A stretch of DNA of 64,000 bases from an uncultured bacterium. GTDB taxonomy: Bacteria > Fidelibacterota > Marinisomatia > Marinisomatales > UBA1611. The notes beneath the pieces were generated by a model, which was given only the letters and a program-made list of their open reading frames with translations, did not search any database and was not told where the DNA came from. The translations under genes and the position numbers were made by a program. Position 1 is the stretch's first letter. Every line of letters begins with the position of its first letter. Of this stretch, positions 58,430 to 64,000 are shown in pieces. The stretch lies in the NCBI GenBank assembly GCA_965660855.1, contig CBFIBM010000003.1, positions 1-64,000 on the forward strand, given 5' to 3'.

Positions 58430-58555
58430 ATGAGTCTTTTCTTTAAAATAATAATATTATCCTTATCCACTGTTTTAAATGCCCAAGAGCAGCTTGGATC
58501 AGAATATACGGATTGTGGTGCAATGGCCTTTAAAAAACTAAGGAATAAAAAATAA
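58430..58555 (+). CDS. Putative 41-aa ORF with signal peptide, or gene remnant
   Basis: MSLFFKIIILSLSTVLNA-QEQLGSEYTDCGAMAFKKLRNKK. Confidence 0.3.
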   Translation: MSLFFKIIILSLSTVLNAQEQLGSEYTDCGAMAFKKLRNKK

Positions 58556-58668
58556 TTAAATAAAGTACCTTGACTTCAAATCTTCATCTGTTTTGTTAGT
58601 AGTCAGACTAATCAACCTTAGATCAGCAATAAGCTTATACTGTTTAATTTAATTCTAAAAAAGGGATA

Positions 58669-59142
58669 TTATTTCTTAATCCAATTTTTATACGGTTCTA
58701 TTGTTAGATTCATATTGTAATATTTGGATTCTGATGTTACTTCCTCTGATACCCAACTAGGAATGTTAAATTCTTCGTCTTCTGAATTTAGTTCTATTTC
58801 TGCAACAATTAACCCTTGGTTCTCTGCATGAAACTCATCTATCTCCCAAGTATGACCACAATATTGTACATAATGCCTTGTTTTCTCTATTGATCCAATT
58901 TCACAAAAATTTTCAAAAAGTTCAAGAGCATCTGACCGAGGAATTTTATATTCAAATTCAAATCGAGAAATTCCGATTTTATTACCTTTAATTGTAATAT
59001 AATAATCATCTCCTTTTTCTCGAACTCTTATAACTTTTTTTTTGTCACTAACGATATACCCCTGTTTAATACTCTCTGAACGAATTATTTGATCAGTTGG
59101 AATACGCTTAATAAGAAACTTTTTTTCTATCTCAATTGCCAT
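58669..59142 (-). CDS. CYTH / triphosphate tunnel metalloenzyme
   Basis: EIEKKF (ExExK), QGY, RVR, TIKG, EFEY, EKTR, EIDEF, AEIEL. Confidence 0.92.
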   Translation of the reverse strand: MAIEIEKKFLIKRIPTDQIIRSESIKQGYIVSDKKKVIRVREKGDDYYITIKGNKIGISRFEFEYKIPRSDALELFENFCEIGSIEKTRHYVQYCGHTWEIDEFHAENQGLIVAEIELNSEDEEFNIPSWVSEEVTSESKYYNMNLTIEPYKNWIKK

Positions 59143-60512
59143 CGAAAACCTCTTTTTATTATGATAAAGTAAAGGAATGAACTAAACATTCCAGGATAAA
59201 ATGGTTCAATTTTTAAAAAATTAATCCCAATATACTTTGATAAAAATAACCAAATAGTTGAAATCATCAAGGGTATAATCATCCAAAAAACCGCTTCTTT
59301 TTTATTTATATGAAGGTCTGAAAAAATCAGTGTTATAATAAATGGTAAAATAAGAGCTGGGATAATAATAGAACCAAGGGTAAATAAAAGTTTGACTACA
59401 GATGGAATCATGTACGCTAAAAGTAAAGAAATAACAGAGATAGAAATTAATCCCAGTCGAATTAGAGTAATCATGTTTGTTTTATTTTCTATTTCTGGTT
59501 TAATTCTCCATAAAATATCTCTGCCAAAAGTAAATGCACTTATAAAACTTAAAGAGTCAATAGTTGACATGATAATTGCAAAGATGCCTGTTAAGAAAAA
59601 CCCGAGGAACCCAATGGGTAAAAAATGAATTGCTAACAGTGGATAGGTAAGTAGAGGTTGATCTATTTTCAAATGCTCAATAGCATAAAGTCCACAAAAA
59701 ATTGTAATAGTATCAAAAATTGCCCAAAAACCAATTGAAAATAAGATACCATTTTTTGCTATTTGAGGTGTCTTTGCAGCTGCACATCTTTGGAAAAAAC
59801 CTGGGTCTATAAAAGTCCAAGCAGCTATAAAAAACCATACAAGAACGTACTGAAAAGAGTTGCCACCCAAGGGATTAGTATATTGATCAGGAAGTCTAAG
59901 AAACATTTCATAAGGATTCCCTAGATTGTTCCACAAAAATTTTAAAAGAATGAGAAAACTTATAAACATACAAAAAAATTGGAAAAAATCAGTTTTTACA
60001 ACTGCAGAAAACCCCCCATTCCACAAATAGATAATGCTAAATAATGTTGCAATAACTAGAGAAACTCCAATATCTAATTTGAAAAAATATTGAATCAAAA
60101 TACCCATACTTAATATGTAAGGAGCGGGACTTGCTAATAGAATTATTAGAACTGCAGATAAAACACCAGATAATTTACCAAAATGTTTATTAAAATGATC
60201 GGGTATTGAAAGAAAACCGCTTTCTCTAATTTTAGGTGCAATAAAAAAAGCATATATTGTTGCAAAAATATAATAGGGGAATGAAAAAATAAACCATGTC
60301 TGAATACCGTAGAGATAGGTATTTTCTCCAATTCCTAGAATGGCTCCATACCATGTTGTAACTAATGTAGCAATAAAGCTTAAAAAGCTTAATTTTCTTC
60401 CTGATAGAATAAAATTTTGAGTGGACTGATTTTTAAATTTTTTATTAAAAACTCCTATCCACAATAAAGTAGTAAAATAGATTAAAATAATAAATAAATC
60501 AATAAAGTGCAT
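59127..60512 (-). CDS. Sodium:solute symporter, probable thiamine or precursor transporter
   Basis: About 13 TM segments; FILSGR, TWYG, VVKTD..Q, FQRCAAA, AIIMSTIDS; adjacent to thiN. Confidence 0.85.
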   Translation of the reverse strand: MHFIDLFIILIYFTTLLWIGVFNKKFKNQSTQNFILSGRKLSFLSFIATLVTTWYGAILGIGENTYLYGIQTWFIFSFPYYIFATIYAFFIAPKIRESGFLSIPDHFNKHFGKLSGVLSAVLIILLASPAPYILSMGILIQYFFKLDIGVSLVIATLFSIIYLWNGGFSAVVKTDFFQFFCMFISFLILLKFLWNNLGNPYEMFLRLPDQYTNPLGGNSFQYVLVWFFIAAWTFIDPGFFQRCAAAKTPQIAKNGILFSIGFWAIFDTITIFCGLYAIEHLKIDQPLLTYPLLAIHFLPIGFLGFFLTGIFAIIMSTIDSLSFISAFTFGRDILWRIKPEIENKTNMITLIRLGLISISVISLLLAYMIPSVVKLLFTLGSIIIPALILPFIITLIFSDLHINKKEAVFWMIIPLMISTIWLFLSKYIGINFLKIEPFYPGMFSSFLYFIIIKRGFRWQLR

Positions 60513-60517
60513 TTAGG

Positions 60518-61144
60518 TCAGGATGGATAATTTTCAAATACCCATATCCAGTCTGAGGATTCAATAGAATAAGAATTTCCCATCGTTAGATTGCTAATAC
60601 CCTCAGAGAGGTTTGATAGTTTTTCATTAGATAAAGTATACTTTAGATTGGATGTAGTAATCAAAGTATCTACTTTTGGAGAAATAATAGAAATGGTCTG
60701 ATTAGGGTCACAAGTAAATATAGTTTTATTTTTAACACATACAACTTTAGAAAGTTTAGTATAAAGCGATAAACGAATTTTTTCAGCATATTTTAACATT
60801 ATTAATAATGTTAAAAATTCGTGATCACCTCTACCTCCTGAAAATCCAACTAGAGATAGTTTTTTGAAATTATTATTTAGACACCAAATGATGCCTTTCT
60901 CCAAATCAGATTTAGATTGATCTTCTAATTTTACAGTTCTGCATTTATAAGTACCTTGGATGGAGTCCAGATCACCTAATATTATACTTGGTTCATAATT
61001 AAGAGAGCTTAATTTATCTGCGCCACCATCAAGGCAAATAAATGAAGATGCTTGCTTTAAAACATGCATTATACAATTATGGGTTGGAACATCTCCATTT
61101 CCAAAGAGTATATCAAATTGGACTTTTTGTTGATTTTTTTTCAT
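60518..61144 (-). CDS. thiN: Thiamine pyrophosphokinase
   Basis: GNG, DGGA, GDLDS, DQSKSDLEK, GGRGDH, LKY.L, ISN. Confidence 0.92.
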   Translation of the reverse strand: MKKNQQKVQFDILFGNGDVPTHNCIMHVLKQASSFICLDGGADKLSSLNYEPSIILGDLDSIQGTYKCRTVKLEDQSKSDLEKGIIWCLNNNFKKLSLVGFSGGRGDHEFLTLLIMLKYAEKIRLSLYTKLSKVVCVKNKTIFTCDPNQTISIISPKVDTLITTSNLKYTLSNEKLSNLSEGISNLTMGNSYSIESSDWIWVFENYPS

Positions 61145-61231
61145 AAAAAAATTAGTTAACTAAATAAGAAAATTCTACAGAACGAATATCATTTATTGAT
61201 TGAATCACTTAAATTTATCATCTAAAATATT

Positions 61232-63523
61232 ATGAATCTTAGAAGAATATCAAATTGGCTTTTTAATTTAGATGCACATTATCCCAGGACAATTATTGCT
61301 GGAGTAATTTTCATCACAGTTATACTAGGTTGGAAAGTATTTAACTTAGAACTTGATCCAAGTGTCAGATCTATGTTGCCAAGAGACCACTCTATTGTTG
61401 AATCTATAGAAAAAATAGATGAATTATTTTCTGGGAGTGATATTATTATTATTGCTGTAGAGTCTGATAGCCTCTTGAATCATCCTGGAACTTTAAAAAA
61501 GCTATCTTCTTTTCAAGATTCATTAGAGTCTATTCCTTTAATTAGTCGAGTAACTTCAATTTATACACAAAATCATATAATTTCAACAAGCGATGGATTT
61601 AAAATTGAACCCTTGTTAACAGATATACCTATTGACTCTTCTGGTTATTATTCATTCATTGAAAAATTAAATCAAGCTGGCGTAGTAGAAAATCTGATTT
61701 CTGAAGATTACAATACAATTTGTTTTATTGGCCAAATAAACTCATCTTTTGAATTCGATGAATTTGAATTTCGCAAAGATATCTATGAATTAGTTGATCA
61801 TTTTAGTGATCCAGAAAAATTTTATGTATCGAGCCTACCGATCACCCAAGCTACAATAATTGATAATATGCAAAGAGATATGCGTGTTTTCACACCAATT
61901 GCAGTTGGACTTGGAATATTTTTGTTAATGCTTTCATTTCGAAGTTGGACGGGTGTGTTCTTACCTTTTATTGTTGTTGGATTCTCAATTGTATGGACAT
62001 TTGGAATTATGGGCTGGTTTAATATGTCAATGGCATTTATTGGTACTTTAATACCTGTAATGCTCGTTGCAATCGCAAATAATTATGGCATTCATATTAT
62101 TTCGCACTATTTCGAGTATTCAAAATCGGATTCAAAATCAACACGTGGACAAATTTTAAGAAAAACTATCCGTAAAGTAGGTATACCGATTCTTTTAGCG
62201 GGATTAACTACCATCATAAGTTTTTTAAGCCTTTTCACTCACGCACTTCCAAGGGCACAAGAAATGGGATTTTTAATATCTTTTGGTATTTTAGTTTCCT
62301 TTATATTAAGCATCATTTTGATCCCATCCGTTTTGGTCTTGGTTCCTAGGCCACATCATATAATGAAAGAAAAAAGTATGAATTTCATAAATAATTTTTT
62401 AATAGGGATGGGAAAATATTTTACAAAATATAGACTTCCAGTTTTAATATCATTCTCAATAATTGGATTATGGATTTCATTTGGTATTACAAAATTAAAA
62501 GTTGATACAAACCCAGATAATTACTTTCCAGAATCTTCAAAATTGAGGATTGCTAATACAAAAATTGGGGAGGCTTTTGGCGGTTCTACTCAAATGAGTA
62601 TTTTGATTGAAGGTGATATATATGACCCAAAACTTTTAAAAAATATTGAATTATTAACAGATCACATCAAAAGTAAATTTGATATTGTTACAAAAACATA
62701 CTCAATAAGTGATGTGATTAAGAAGATGAACTCCGCATTTAATGGTGGTGATAAATTTCTTGAGACAATACCAGATGATCGTGATTTAATATCCCAGTAT
62801 ATGTTTTTATATTCTATCTCTGCAGATGGTGATGAATTTGATCTTATATTAGATGATTTAGAACAACCTCAAAATACTCAGGTTTTTTTAAGATTGAAAC
62901 AAGTTCAAACCTCTACTATAGCTGATATTGTAGAAGATACAGAACAGTTCATAGAAGCCAATTTTTATGATGGTTCACCTATGGAATTGTCAGGTGCTGC
63001 TACTTTGATGGGGGTATTAAGTCGACTGATAGTTAGAGGTCAACTTATTAGTCTTTTTTGTTCTCTTCTAATTATTTTGGTAATTATGACTTTCATTTTC
63101 AAGTCTCTAGTAGGAGGAGTATTATCCACATTACCAATGTCAGTTTCAGTTTCTATGATGTTTGGTTTAATGGGATATTTAGATATTCCCTTAAATATGA
63201 CAACATCTATGCTAACCTGCATTCTTGTAGGGGTTGGAGTCGACTATACTGTTCATTTTCTATGGCATTTGCGTGACCATATTCGAAATGGAGAGACAAT
63301 AGATGAGGCAATTGCAAATACTTTTAAGATTTCCGGGAAGGGTATACTCTTTAATGGTCTCTCTGTGATAATCGGTTTTTCTGCTTTACTATTTTCAGTT
63401 TTTGTCCCGGTACAGATTTTTGGAATCTTAGTAATGAGTTCAATAACTTTTTGTTTATTTGGAGCATTAGCTATTTTACCAGCATTAACAAGTTTAATAA
63501 ACCCTAAATTTTTATATAAATGA
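61232..63523 (+). CDS. MMPL/RND family transporter
   Basis: Two-repeat architecture; PILLAGLTT, FGGS, GVGVDYTVH, LPAL. Confidence 0.88.
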   Translation: MNLRRISNWLFNLDAHYPRTIIAGVIFITVILGWKVFNLELDPSVRSMLPRDHSIVESIEKIDELFSGSDIIIIAVESDSLLNHPGTLKKLSSFQDSLESIPLISRVTSIYTQNHIISTSDGFKIEPLLTDIPIDSSGYYSFIEKLNQAGVVENLISEDYNTICFIGQINSSFEFDEFEFRKDIYELVDHFSDPEKFYVSSLPITQATIIDNMQRDMRVFTPIAVGLGIFLLMLSFRSWTGVFLPFIVVGFSIVWTFGIMGWFNMSMAFIGTLIPVMLVAIANNYGIHIISHYFEYSKSDSKSTRGQILRKTIRKVGIPILLAGLTTIISFLSLFTHALPRAQEMGFLISFGILVSFILSIILIPSVLVLVPRPHHIMKEKSMNFINNFLIGMGKYFTKYRLPVLISFSIIGLWISFGITKLKVDTNPDNYFPESSKLRIANTKIGEAFGGSTQMSILIEGDIYDPKLLKNIELLTDHIKSKFDIVTKTYSISDVIKKMNSAFNGGDKFLETIPDDRDLISQYMFLYSISADGDEFDLILDDLEQPQNTQVFLRLKQVQTSTIADIVEDTEQFIEANFYDGSPMELSGAATLMGVLSRLIVRGQLISLFCSLLIILVIMTFIFKSLVGGVLSTLPMSVSVSMMFGLMGYLDIPLNMTTSMLTCILVGVGVDYTVHFLWHLRDHIRNGETIDEAIANTFKISGKGILFNGLSVIIGFSALLFSVFVPVQIFGILVMSSITFCLFGALAILPALTSLINPKFLYK

Positions 63524-63834
63524 AAAAGTCAAACATAGATAGGACTCTAAGTTCTTCTATTATATTAATTACTTTGGCATTTATTCTTTTTGGTTTAAGT
63601 AATTCTAATTTAATAGAAATCTTTTTCTCATATTCTCTAAAAGATCATATAGACTATTCTATTAAATATAACCTAGACTTTGTTTTGATTCTTTATATTT
63701 TTTTATGTTTGCAGATTTCTGGTTATATTGAATTAAAATATAAAAAAGATTATTTATTAATTTCTATCATTAGCATTCTATTAACTCCTATTGCTATTTT
63801 TTTTATTATAAAAGATAAAAATAAAAATGATTAA
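63520..63834 (+). CDS. Small hydrophobic membrane protein
   Basis: Three hydrophobic segments; overlaps both neighbours. Confidence 0.55.
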   Translation: MKKSNIDRTLSSSIILITLAFILFGLSNSNLIEIFFSYSLKDHIDYSIKYNLDFVLILYIFLCLQISGYIELKYKKDYLLISIISILLTPIAIFFIIKDKNKND

Positions 63835-64000
63835 ATTTATTACAGTAGTTACTCTCTCTTATACAATTCTTATGGCAAATGTCCTTTCACCATACGAAAT
63901 AATGAATTATGTATATCAGTCACCAAAACCTAAAACCTCAATAATGGAAATAAAACTTGAAATTACACGATTAAAAAAGGGTAGAGAGAAAGTTAAAACA
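63827..64000 (+). CDS. Probable LolA-like outer-membrane lipoprotein-sorting protein (5' part only)
   Basis: MIKFITVVTLSYTILMANVLSPYEIM...SIMEIKLEI..., signal peptide; such genes commonly follow MMPL transporters. Confidence 0.55.
   Translation, partial: MIKFITVVTLSYTILMANVLSPYEIMNYVYQSPKPKTSIMEIKLEITRLKKGREKVKT

Noticed and set aside
61145..61231. TPP riboswitch ahead of thiN
   Set aside because: Short AT-rich spacer with no CTGAGA core on the minus strand

Overview
AT-rich, gene-dense bacterial window, almost entirely + strand. Several 'PNPFN...SG(V/I)YF' C-terminal sorting domains, a fused E1 alpha/beta, a eukaryote-type citrate synthase and few Shine-Dalgarno sites suggest an FCB-group marine bacterium, plausibly Ca. 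Marinimicrobia (inference). Layout: 1-12 kb grxD, xth and an LPS/envelope-modification cluster; 12-19 kb citrate synthase and secreted proteases; 21-32 kb pterin/queuosine, lipoate and 2-oxoacid dehydrogenase genes, sigma54-preceded lon and tRNA-Val; 32.5-51.8 kb accessory-looking genes; 52-58 kb glycolysis; 58.7-61 kb thiamine salvage; then MMPL/LolA-like genes. Most notable: (1) a [2Fe-2S] ferredoxin-class III cyclase-Rieske fusion followed by two paralogous free Rieske proteins; (2) a GAPDH paralog with catalytic Cys->Ser coupled to a canonical gap; (3) a cohesin-like lipoprotein plus dockerin-bearing secreted proteins, one a protease; (4) a CYTH enzyme in an operon with thiamine pyrophosphokinase; (5) two probable ATT start codons; (6) a 23-aa repeat protein family; (7) a QueD/PTPS with Asp at the catalytic Cys position. 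All calls come from reading motifs; no searches were run.
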